Shown here: one piece after another, positions 1 through 9,484 of the stretch
Layout of the letters: each line of letters begins with the position of its first letter
Position numbering within the stretch: position 1 is the stretch's first letter
Source of the DNA: Dimargaris cristalligena
Taxonomy: Eukaryota
NCBI GenBank assembly: GCA_003614675.1
Contig: ML002326.1
Span: 1-41,603 of the forward strand
Length of the DNA stretch: 41,603 nucleotides
Direction: 5' to 3'
Translations under genes and position numbers: made by a program
The notes under the pieces: generated by a model
The model's input: only the letters and a program-made list of their open reading frames with translations
Database searches by the model: none
Told to the model about the DNA's origin: nothing

Positions 1-27
1 CCTGGAGAAGCCACCCTGCCCTTTTGA

Positions 28-687
28 TATATTTTTGTTGTTCATTTTAGTGGCCTGACACCACCACACTGTGACAACACCACCTGTGTAGTCTCAGCAA
101 TAAACAGTTACGGTTCTCGGAGCCAGCTCTTGAACAAGATAGTGCAGCGAATATGGACACTAGCGGCCAAAAACAATGTGACAATCTTCGGTGGTGCAAA
201 TCATCTAGCAGGTATCCTCAATACCGAGGCCGATTTTCTATCTCGGATCCAACAACACAGCGATTGGAAGCTAGATCAGAGATTATTCGTATCCCTAGAT
301 CAATCCTACGGGCCGCACACGATCGATTGGTTTGCCAGCCCTTGGAATGCCCAGTTGCCCCGGTTCTGCACCCTGAGGGACCATCCGAGGTCGGCAGTAG
401 TAGATGCATTCACCCAGGATTGGTCACAGGAGAACGGTTGGTTCAATCCTCCATTTGGAATCATCGGCCGGGTCTTAGCAAAAATAATCCAGGAGAGGGC
501 GCAGGGGACAATTGTACTACCCCTCTGGAGGGGCCAACCCTGGTGGCCGACACTCCAGAAGAATGCCCAGAAAATTATCGAGCTACCAACCCATGGGCAA
601 TGGGCTATACCCCCAGCAGGGTCCTCTCAGTTGATGCCTGAGCCTTTTCTAAACCGACGGTGGAAGATGGTGGTGGCACGTTTTTAA
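28..687 (+). CDS. C-terminal part of DIRS pol: RNase H domain end plus N6-adenine DNA methyltransferase-like (MT) domain
   Basis: Frame +1 is open from 28 (after TGA 25-27). CDNTTCVVSAINSYGSRS...HLAGILNTEADFLSR matches the DIRS RNase H motifs (DNTT..., HIPG.LN..AD.LSR). It continues DWKLD..F..LD..YGPHTIDWFAS..NAQLPRF...DAFTQDW..ENGWFNPPF..IGRVL.KI......IVLP.W..QPWWP.L, the DIRS-associated phage-Dam-like MT domain. The first ~70 nt do not read cleanly as RNase H (decay or sequence error). Confidence 0.88.
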   Translation, partial: YIFVVHFSGLTPPHCDNTTCVVSAINSYGSRSQLLNKIVQRIWTLAAKNNVTIFGGANHLAGILNTEADFLSRIQQHSDWKLDQRLFVSLDQSYGPHTIDWFASPWNAQLPRFCTLRDHPRSAVVDAFTQDWSQENGWFNPPFGIIGRVLAKIIQERAQGTIVLPLWRGQPWWPTLQKNAQKIIELPTHGQWAIPPAGSSQLMPEPFLNRRWKMVVARF

Positions 688-1676
688 AATCAGCTGGGTC
701 AAGTGGCAATTATGCTACAGTTGTGATGGGGCATTGGTTAAACCAGTTGGCTCCTAGTTTACTGGGTCATCCCATGGCCCTAAGAATTCTGTCCAATAGT
801 CTTTCAAAAGCTACCTGGAAGACCTATGCTGGTCAACATCGTCAATATCTTCAATTCTGTGAAAACTCCAATTTATCACCACACCTGATTACAAATACCA
901 CCTTATTCCTATATTTTCTTCATCTATTTACGTCCCGAGTGAATCCTAGATCAATCCCAGGAAAACTGGCGCCCCTAGCCAAATTTGATAGAATTATGTT
1001 TGGCAAGGTCCAGTTTTCTGAGGAGGCAGTAGCCCAGTTTTGGAAGGGATATTCGGTTTCATTTTTTCAAGATTTCCCAGCATCAAAGGATCCCCATGGT
1101 GCTCGGCCCATTCCAATTCATCTCTTCACTCAACTGTATATCCCCGGATGGGTACCAAACTCCTCACAGCTAGAATGGGCTGTCCTTTTTATTTTTGGTA
1201 TCATTTTTGGGTTACGGGCGAGCTCTTTAGTAGCATTACGACCGCAGGATGTGTCCCTCCAGGAGCATACCTTGTCCATTTTTATTACTGGTGAAAAACG
1301 CAAGGCTCACCTTGAAGGAGTACACCGGGTAGCAAACCCAATTTGCCCGGGATTTGTGGCTATAATCCGGCAGTATCTATCCCAGGTTGGTTCTGGTAGT
1401 CTATGGAGAACCTATAAGACAAACCCAGCCGCCTGGGTTACAAGGTGTCTACATGCACTTTTACTATCACTAGGACACCATACCACCATTGTCTCTGAGT
1501 ACTCATCACACAGTTTAAGAAAAACTATGGTAGCTGGGATGCTGGCCGCCAAGGTAGACCCACTGAGGGTATTGGATTGGGGCCGATGGGAGGCATTGGA
1601 AACTATGCGAGCATATTGCCGAGTGACATTGCCATATCATACAGATCTAGGACAGATTTTCTCATTTATTATTTAG
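660..1676 (+). CDS. Tyrosine recombinase (YR/phage-integrase family) of the retroelement; first in-frame ATGs at 726 and 774
   Basis: N-terminal S.ATWKTY....RQYLQFC helix, FGLRASSL (catalytic Arg), SSHSLRK (HxxR), GRWEALETMRAY (Trp and nucleophile Tyr). Confidence 0.92.
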   Translation: MEDGGGTFLKSAGSSGNYATVVMGHWLNQLAPSLLGHPMALRILSNSLSKATWKTYAGQHRQYLQFCENSNLSPHLITNTTLFLYFLHLFTSRVNPRSIPGKLAPLAKFDRIMFGKVQFSEEAVAQFWKGYSVSFFQDFPASKDPHGARPIPIHLFTQLYIPGWVPNSSQLEWAVLFIFGIIFGLRASSLVALRPQDVSLQEHTLSIFITGEKRKAHLEGVHRVANPICPGFVAIIRQYLSQVGSGSLWRTYKTNPAAWVTRCLHALLLSLGHHTTIVSEYSSHSLRKTMVAGMLAAKVDPLRVLDWGRWEALETMRAYCRVTLPYHTDLGQIFSFII

Positions 1677-1791
1677 TTATTTATATTAGTCTAGTTATTG
1701 TTTTAGTTCTTCTTTATATTCCTTGGTAGCCTCTTGGGCATCTCCTAAGATAACGGAGTTGCCAGTTCGAGAGGTAGTGTTCTTGGGAATA

Positions 1792-2123
1792 GGCATCTAT
1801 TAACGATAATTCGTTTTAAAAAACATATTATGTTAATAGAGGGGAAAGAAAAAATTTTCCGTAAAAATATTACTTTCCCCGAAGTAGAAAGGAAAAATTT
1901 TCATGCGAAAATTGTTTTCTCTATCTTTCTCCTTCTTTTATTCCTTCCTACCATCCGACCCTATTAGTTTATTATATTTTTACTGTCAAATTTTCTCTCT
2001 GCCGTGTTCTTTACACATGTGCACGACGACTTTTCGGTTATTATAGGCCGTGGACTTGTCCATTGGGTGAAATAAGCTTCTCCAATAAATAACAAAACGT
2101 CGACGGCATCTATTAACGATAAT
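1792..2123 (+). repeat. Exact 19-bp direct repeat GGCATCTATTAACGATAAT at 1792-1810 and 2105-2123 flanking a 294-bp AT-rich segment; candidate B1-A2-B2 split direct repeat terminus
   Basis: Both copies read directly from the sequence; flanks do not extend the match. They lie just downstream of the YR stop codon. Confidence 0.75.
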
Positions 2124-2452
2124 ATACCTGTATAGGCAAGGACAATTTCACAAATTATGAGAGGGATGAGGCAGGTTCAGTCAAGGGATTCATTGAGTGT
2201 TCTATCGAACGGGCGTAAGACTGATCCTAAAATGGATATGCTCTAAATCAGGCGACATCTAGGCAAGTTCGCCACCGCCTTTAACCTACATCATCGACTG
2301 AATGTTGAAGAACGCTACTGTTCTTTTGAAAATAATATAAATACCCCACGGGCCCACCACTCTGATTTCAATATCTTCTCTCCCAGTAACACTTGCCACC
2401 ATCCCCAACAATCCGCCTCTCCCACCCCACCCCTGCCCTACCTACCCTTACC

Positions 2453-2707
2453 ATACATTACCTGTCGTTCGCCAAGGTTCTCCTCGTTTCAGTCATCGGT
2501 ATTAGTGCCACAGCCCTGGCCAATCCCACCGCCCTACCTCAAAACCCCTCTAACCTCAAGCGCCGAAATGTTGGCTTTGAGCAGTCCTTTACCCGTCTTA
2601 GCCGCAGGCCCCTAACACCCATCAGACATATCAGACCCCCAAGCATTGATGGACCAGTCGAACCCGGACCCGACGACTCTGACCGTGCGCGAACCCTGAC
2701 CCAATAA
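2453..2707 (+). pseudogene. Possible small secreted prepro-protein gene with ATA in place of ATG
   Basis: accATAcat begins (I/M)HYLSFAKVLLVSVIGISATALA-NPTALPQNPSNLKRR: signal peptide plus Kex2-type dibasic site. TATAAATA at 2336-2343 and a C-rich leader like other genes in the window. No in-frame ATG. Confidence 0.45.
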
Positions 2708-3268
2708 CTATATATTGTGGTCGTCGATATACATAATATGGTCGCTATAATGATACAGTTGAATACCGTTTAGCTTTTCCTTCTGATACATTTACCGATC
2801 CATGAATTCTCAGGTGTAGACATCTCCGGTATCTTCAATTTTGGGTTCTACTTTGTCTGGATTGACATTTTTAACCAAATAGATTACATATATCCTAAAA
2901 GGCTGATGTTTTGCAAGATTTTAACTTCCATTTGGATCAATAAAGTATTCGATTGTTTTTGGGCACCAATTCCACTTTGATGAGACTGTCCTTTCTATCA
3001 CTGACATTACCTACACTATGAAACCGTGTTACTGGCCAAATTAGACGGGGTTCAACGTCACTTGACTTCAGAGCCCATGAGGGATGAGCCAGTGTTATTC
3101 TCGAACCTATAGTGTAGCGAGGATTCTTATTTGAGAAAAGAGGTGGGGTACTAGGGGAGTGTGATAGGAGATGGAGTTATTAGCAAATATATATGAGCAT
3201 AGTTAAACTTAGGAGGACTCTTTTATTAATAGCAATAGATGGGAGGCCACTAGGTGATATTAAGTGGT

Positions 3269-3333
3269 AATAGGATAATGGGTAGTGAATAGGATAATGG
3301 GTAGTGAATAGGATAATGGGTAGTGAATAGGAT
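3269..3333 (+). repeat. Minisatellite, 19-bp unit AATAGGATAATGGGTAGTG x3.4
   Basis: Units at 3269, 3288, 3307 and a partial unit at 3326. Confidence 0.95.
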
Positions 3334-4593
3334 TAATAGTCATCTGAGGATCTGCATTGGAGCACCCTATAGCTCATTTTTATACTGGAGTATTGATGTC
3401 CCCAATATTACAATTGCAGGGCAGCCACCAAGGTTGGTATGAGGCTGGCACATGGGCCCAGCTTGGCAGATAGAGCCATGGACTTAGTGTTCTGGTAAGT
3501 TTGAGTGTGGCCTCATGTTGGTATGCCAGGTGGTGCTGTGGCAGGGTTTCCTTCGGCTGGTACTCTTGTAACAACGTCCGGTGGTTCAGCGGCCATGGGT
3601 ATAGTATGCACCTGTGGTGGTCTGGTAGGGGCCCCGGGTCCGTGGAGCGTCTGGTCGATATTAGACACCTCCGGAGGTGCCATATTAACAATAGAAGGGA
3701 ATGCGGTTAAGCTTGCCCTTGGCGAGTTGATGACAGGAAATATGTCATGTAGAAATGGCTAGAACAGCCAATATAACGACATGTAGACGATCAACTAGAG
3801 TCAGACATTTTGACGGTTTTCGGGTACTCGAATGTTTCTGAATAGCCTTGGAGTAGATAACTTTGGGGCAATTGGTACGCGATATTTGAGGAGGGTAGCT
3901 TAAGAGTGCAATTGGGGGAAATAAGTGGGTGTTGGATGGTCAATTATCTGTGAGTCTACACAAATGCCTTAATAGATAGTTTCTTGGATGCCAGTTACAT
4001 TTCAAATAAAACCTAATTTGTAGGGAAGTGGTAATATCGAATGGAACGCTTAATCATCGTTGTTAACCGCCCTACCCTTGCTCAGTACGGCGCTGTGCGA
4101 TGTTGGAACACAGTACCCTTGATATTAAATATTGGAGAGGTTCAATCAGGCTGCAAGGCGAAATATCAGCTGGATGGGGCAAACATTACTGGTTAAAAAG
4201 CCATGCCCGCCTAGTTTCCCCGACGTCTAGTATTCGAAACTTTGGATAGTTGGGCTGGGCCAGTCTTACCATATGTATCTATATATAAATCTCCTTTAAT
4301 AATCGAAAGTGCAAAATAGACGCATAGATATGGAACTGAGCGATAATTATATTTAAAGGTATACAAGTGGGAGATGGTCAGGCTATCAGTATATAATTAA
4401 AATTAAAAGAACGAAGCTCAAAATGTGACACTTGAGGGCAGGTGTAATACTATCCAAAAATAAATTGACTAGTTATAGATTGAAACAAAATCAGTAATGA
4501 GTGAGGGTATGGGACACGGTAGCCACCGGGCCCTTCACCATCCCTTATTCGAGTAGTGCGGGATATAGCGAAGCGTGTAGGATGTGGGCACCG

Positions 4594-5791
4594 TTACATG
4601 ATGGAGCAGCACGAGTTGTTCTTCTTGGCAGTTTTGTAGAACTGCTTAGACTGGAATGACAGGTCATTGGATTTGTTAACCAGGCCCTCCAGAGTCTCCC
4701 CTCGTTGCAGGAGGGAGTCAATCGTTTGGTGCAGCACTTCGGTAGTTTCGTCCAGCTCACGTTGAACTCGCGTGATGGTGTCCGCACTCTTGGGGTCCTG
4801 GTATTTCTGGAGATAGTCATCGAGCTCGGGGAAGGTAATAGTGCCCGTCCGAGAGGACTCGGAAGGAAACTTGGCGTTGAAGTCGTCCAGTAACCGACCT
4901 AGCAGAGAGAACGCCACCCGGGAGGGGTATTCCTGGTCGGTAACCATGACCCCAATGAGGCCACTCGGGGTGCTATAGACATAGGCCACATAGCCTGTAC
5001 ATAGGATGTAAGAATGCCATAGCCAGATTCAGAAGAATACAGGTTATAGATATTAGCGGTTAGACGGCGATATATAGTGTATGTGCTTTCTGTGGAAAAG
5101 CGGCAGGAATAGACCGAAGGGATGATATTGTAGCCGGCGAGACTATAATTTAAAGAAGTGGCAATGAGCACTGTATTTCGAGAGTCCTTTTAACAAACCA
5201 AAATGGAACATACTGTCTTGCTCGATAGCCTGGCGCTGCCCAGCAGCCGTCCGTTCAGCTACGGTTCGGGAAAAAAAGGTCAGGAATTCCTGGATACTAT
5301 TCACACGTTGCCACCGAAGGTTGAGAGGGAGGGGTAGAGTGGTGGGAGTTGGGAGATTACAATAATTTATATATATATATAAAAACAACGGTAGGGTTTA
5401 GTCTCCGGGTCGGATTGGCTGAAGGTGGCCCGTTAATGGGATTTATTAATCCTGAATAACTGGGCAGACCGCGGCATTCTATGGTGGCGCCAAGGGTTCA
5501 TGTATTAGGTCGAAATACTCCTGGAGATTCTCTACCCGCGCCGGACCGGACCAGGTTGAAGTAAGGCCCTGGACCATTGGGCGGAATTTGAAGTGCAGGC
5601 AGCCAAGTGTCACCCAGACCCTTATTGGGAAAGTCAAGAGGGCGTATCCCTCGGCAGCTGGGCAAAATGAGCCGTGGTTGAACCTACCTGCCTCGTTGGA
5701 AATAGCCATAGCTGGTCAAGTCGGAGGCCGCAGCAAGCGACCGGGGCGGCTTGGGAGCGGCGTTGAAAATGACAATGGAGAGAATCTTCAT
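4594..5791 (-). CDS. YKT6: Longin R-SNARE Ykt6, 3 exons, 195 aa
   Basis: Exons 5791-5688, 5296-5214, 4994-4594 with GT-AG introns give a continuous frame: MKILSI...DLTSYGYFQRGSIQEFLTFFSRTVAERT...EYPSRVAF...YQDPKSAD.ITRVQRELDET...LLQRGETLEGLVNKSNDLS.QSKQFYKTAKKNNSCCSIM (CCAAX lipidation motif). Confidence 0.97.
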
Positions 5792-6513
5792 GGCCGGTCT
5801 GAGTGAGGGGAAATGTTCTACAACTAGTCGAGAATACGGAATAAAGAGATGAAGGACTGGCGAGACCAAGAGGCGGATGAAGCAATCAATGAAACGTAGG
5901 GTGGGGAAGAGAGGTTTAGGAAAGGCGGCATACACCGAGATAAGCCAGAGCCAAACTAACTAGTACATGGGGCGCAACGGTTGGTGTCAGCGAGAGTGAG
6001 AAGGGGGGGGTGCGTATTGAAGGGACCAGGCGTATTAAAAATCCGCCCCGTTCTAGGCCTAGACCTTGTACTGTATTCGCTCCTAATTAATACTTTCTTG
6101 CTGGTGCTACTCTTATTACGTCCCTATCGACACACCGGTATTTCTAGGGACAACTTGGTATTAAAAACAACTGTCCAACAACATAGCTCGAAGATTTGCC
6201 GTACCACTCAGCAATGCCTGCTCCACTGAGACTCGCAAGCTGTCCCAGTTTGCCCCTCCTATTAACGCAAAAGGGGCAAACACTCTCTTACAGTAGGACC
6301 ACAGAGATTCCATTGCTTACTTGTATGTTTAGCTCACATTCGTTTGTTCCCTATTTACGAACCAATATTACATTGCTCTCATTACAAACATTTCCGGAAC
6401 TACAGGCCAAGGGCACATACTATACCTGGTCCGTTTCTTTCGCAACTGACCTTGTATTATTTTTCTATACTAAAGTTATTTTGGGTTCATTGTAAGTTAA
6501 TTTTACATTCCCC

Positions 6514-7761
6514 ATGAGTCAAGTCTGGAAAAACAAACTACAGGAAGAGATCGCGCGGCGCAAGGCCCAGCTGGCCCAAGCCAAGGCCACGGGACCTGCC
6601 GCGGCAGCGACCACTACCTCGGATGCCCCAGCGAAACGGTCCAAATACCTTAAACGCTCCGAACTTTATAAGCACCCTGAACCGGCTCCCGCCAATCCAC
6701 CATCGCCACCAGCCTCCGATCCCTCGAAAAGCGCGGATACCAGTGAGACTAGTAAAGCGAAATTAGCCGGCGGGAATGGGACCGATGCCTCTAACGCCGA
6801 CCACCCAAACCACAATGCCAACAGTGGCTATGATAATGACGACGACGACGCCGCTAACCTCCCGACCGAGGGTCTCTTAGCCGAATGGCTACGGATATCT
6901 CCCGAAGAAACGGTCCGTCGCTTACGCCAACGGGGCCATCCCATTCGACTCTTTGGTGAAACCGACCGTCGGCGGGCCATTCGGCTGCGTCAAATTGAAA
7001 TCGCCGAGGAGCACTCGGAAGGCCAGCAGAACGACTTTATGAAGAAAATGGAGGAAACCGAAACGGGTTTGGCTCTGGAAGCCCTACAGCGTCAGGCGGA
7101 GGGCGGCCGACCGACCGGGCTCACCTCGTCGGACCAGGGTGACGGGCCCAGTCTCCACCCCGATGGTAGTAGCGCAGGCGACAACGACCCCCTGGCGCCC
7201 CCGACCAAACGGGCCCGCCAGGAAGTGTTCATGAGTGAATACGACACCACCCTACTGAACCGCGACTTACTCAAAAGCGACCCCAGTCTGGCCTATACGT
7301 TGGTTTACGTCTACCTCAAGCGCCTCCTATTCGAGTGGGGTGATGATCTAGCGCAGCGCCCCGAGGAAATTCGGACCAGCGGCCCCGGTAAACGGGAAAC
7401 CGCTACCCAGCGGCTTTCGAGCGAACACCTCGAGCCCCTCTTCAAACGCCTCAAGCGCCAGCGGGTCGAGTCCGATATTATCGATTTGATTGTCGAAATC
7501 GCCCGCTGTTTACAGGCCCGCGAATACCTCCAGGCCAACGAAGCTTACTTGCAGATGTCCATCGGTAATGCGGCCTGGCCCATTGGGGTGACCATGGTGG
7601 GTATCCACGCCCGGTCGGCCCGCGAGAAAATTTCGTCGAACCAGGTGGCCCATGTGCTCAATACGGAGGAACAGCGCAAATGGATTCAGTCCCTTAAACG
7701 GCTGATGACGTTTGCCCAAAATAAATACCCACCCACCGACGGAGCCAAGGCCGTGGGCTAA
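6514..7761 (+). CDS. PRP18: Pre-mRNA splicing factor Prp18 (with SFM/Prp4-like motif), 415 aa
   Basis: VRRLRQRGHPIRLFGETD (SFM motif) and the conserved YLQMSIGNAAWPIGVTMVGIHARSAREKI...VAHVLN.EEQRKWIQSLKRLMTFAQ. Confidence 0.97.
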   Translation: MSQVWKNKLQEEIARRKAQLAQAKATGPAAAATTTSDAPAKRSKYLKRSELYKHPEPAPANPPSPPASDPSKSADTSETSKAKLAGGNGTDASNADHPNHNANSGYDNDDDDAANLPTEGLLAEWLRISPEETVRRLRQRGHPIRLFGETDRRRAIRLRQIEIAEEHSEGQQNDFMKKMEETETGLALEALQRQAEGGRPTGLTSSDQGDGPSLHPDGSSAGDNDPLAPPTKRARQEVFMSEYDTTLLNRDLLKSDPSLAYTLVYVYLKRLLFEWGDDLAQRPEEIRTSGPGKRETATQRLSSEHLEPLFKRLKRQRVESDIIDLIVEIARCLQAREYLQANEAYLQMSIGNAAWPIGVTMVGIHARSAREKISSNQVAHVLNTEEQRKWIQSLKRLMTFAQNKYPPTDGAKAVG

Positions 7762-8056
7762 GTCGCTCCTCCTTCCTCCACGGGGGGCCTGTTGCATTTA
7801 GTAAATGGCCATCGAGACCCACGATACGCTAGATTACACCGGCTGGGCTTGTAATATTTAAATAAACCAAGATATTCGAAATCCCTATATTTCCCTCCTG
7901 GCATTGGAGTATTCATGGCTACACTAATGGTATTGAATTCTTGATTTTTATATAACTCCCGGGTTGGATGGCCAAAAAGACAGTAAAACTATATGACTAG
8001 AAAAATAAAAGAACAGATCACAGCGACGTGGCAACTTGAAAAGGGGGTGGGTTTAT

Positions 8057-8787
8057 TTAAGCGCTGTTGGCCTGGGTAAAATCCAGGTACTTGCGGATAC
8101 GGCGTTTCAATGCCCCGGCCGATTCCTGCAGCTTGTTGAGTCGGGAGTCCAAAGCCATGGCCCGGTAGTTCTCACCGTGTTTATCGATCAAACCCTGCAG
8201 GAAGCGCTCCTCCTTCCCCGATAATTTGGCCGGCCGGGGAGCGTTCCCCAGCAGGGCCTTGCGCTCGAGCTCGGCCACGACAGCGGTTTTGGGGGCCACC
8301 GGTGGGGGCTTATAGTCCTCCCAATGGGCCTGTTTGGGCAGAATCACGTTGATCACATTACCCTCGGCGTCCCGTTCGATAATACCGTACCCGGTGGGGC
8401 AGAGGGCCTGCAGCCGCTCCAATTCTGGTCGGGACCGGTGGTGATGGCCGGGGGGGGTAGGTCCGACGCTTGGTCCGCATCGGCATCGACAGCGGCCGGG
8501 ATTAAATCCATTTCACACTTCTCGTTAAATGGGTCATCCTGGTCGAGGTACAGCTCCAGGTCCTTCACCTTCTTGGGGGGATTCTGGTCGGGACCGTTCA
8601 GTTGGGCCACCAGACCCAATTCCCGGTAGTTTTGGCGAACCGTCATGCGGGGATTCCAGTTTTCCCGAATGATATTAAAGCCCTTGACTTCGACCTTCTT
8701 GGCCGAGCTCTTGGTAAGTCGGACATCGGCCTTGCGGCGACCGGTCTTGCGTTTAGCACTTGAGCGGGCCCGAGCGGTTCTACTCAT
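8057..8787 (-). CDS. NOP16: Nucleolar ribosome-biogenesis protein Nop16, split by one frameshift near 8450
   Basis: ORF 8787-8353 has IIRENWNPRMTVRQNYRELGL. ORF 8422-8057 has IERDAEGNV and LS.KEERFLQGLIDKHGENYRAMALDSRLN.LQ.S.G.LKRRIRKY. One extra base in the G8 run (8450-8457) joins them in frame. Confidence 0.85.
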
Positions 8788-9484
8788 GGGTGCGGTAGGG
8801 TGTGATGGAAAAAGATAGAATGCGGGAAGGGAGAGGGGGGGTAGTACTGAGACGAAATCGTTTTAAACAGGTTGAATGAATATATATATATACGAATAAT
8901 AATATACTAAAGCGAGTAAAGGAGCTCCCTACACGATCCCAATGTTGAACAAAAGCTGGGCAGAAAAAATTAAAATGCTTATTAGGGGCAGTTTTGGTCT
9001 AACTGATCCCAGTCAACTATTTCGCAATGAGGTTTGAACTGAAGAAGTAGCTTGATTATTGGCATCAGTTATTTGTTCTTTTTTTTTCCTTTCATCAATT
9101 AGGCACTGTCGCTTCTTTTCGCAGGTTGTTAAAGTCATCAGTACTCCGATTTAGCGTAGACGGTCCAAATAAAATCTATCACGTGATGCATATACTGCCT
9201 ATTGGCAAGGTAGCTAGGTACTTAGGGATCTTATATATATAATATAGACTAGGCCTTTAGTTTGCCATATTGAGAACAACCAATCTTTGACTGGGCATAT
9301 CATTGATTAACTAACTAGTCCAGGGCCACTCATATTAAACTAGCCAATCTCGCCTATGTAATCAGTCTAATAAACCATCAATTTTTAATTAATAATAATA
9401 ATAATCCCTTAAAATGCAGCTCCAATACCCCCCTAGTACTGCCGCCACCCAGGCAGAGTAACAGGGTTAATAGTACCACCGGCT

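Larger units (their letters stand above)
1..2123 (+). mobile_element. 3' portion of a tyrosine-recombinase (DIRS-order; DIRS/PAT/Ngaro-type) retrotransposon, truncated by the window start
   Basis: Domain order RNase H tail -> methyltransferase-like domain -> tyrosine recombinase in an overlapping frame is diagnostic of DIRS-order elements. The 3' end is placed at the second copy of a 19-bp direct repeat (2105-2123); that boundary is inferred. Confidence 0.9.

Noticed and set aside
1792-2123. Direct repeat pair read as a CRISPR-like array or a target-site duplication
   Set aside because: Only two copies with a 294-bp spacer in a eukaryote; YR elements do not make long TSDs, and the enclosed segment has only 6-bp terminal complementarity.
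3380-3808. Minus-strand gene-like relic (ATG at 3808, early TGA, Pro-rich frames)
   Set aside because: Multiple stops and no recognisable homology; cannot be supported as a gene or pseudogene.
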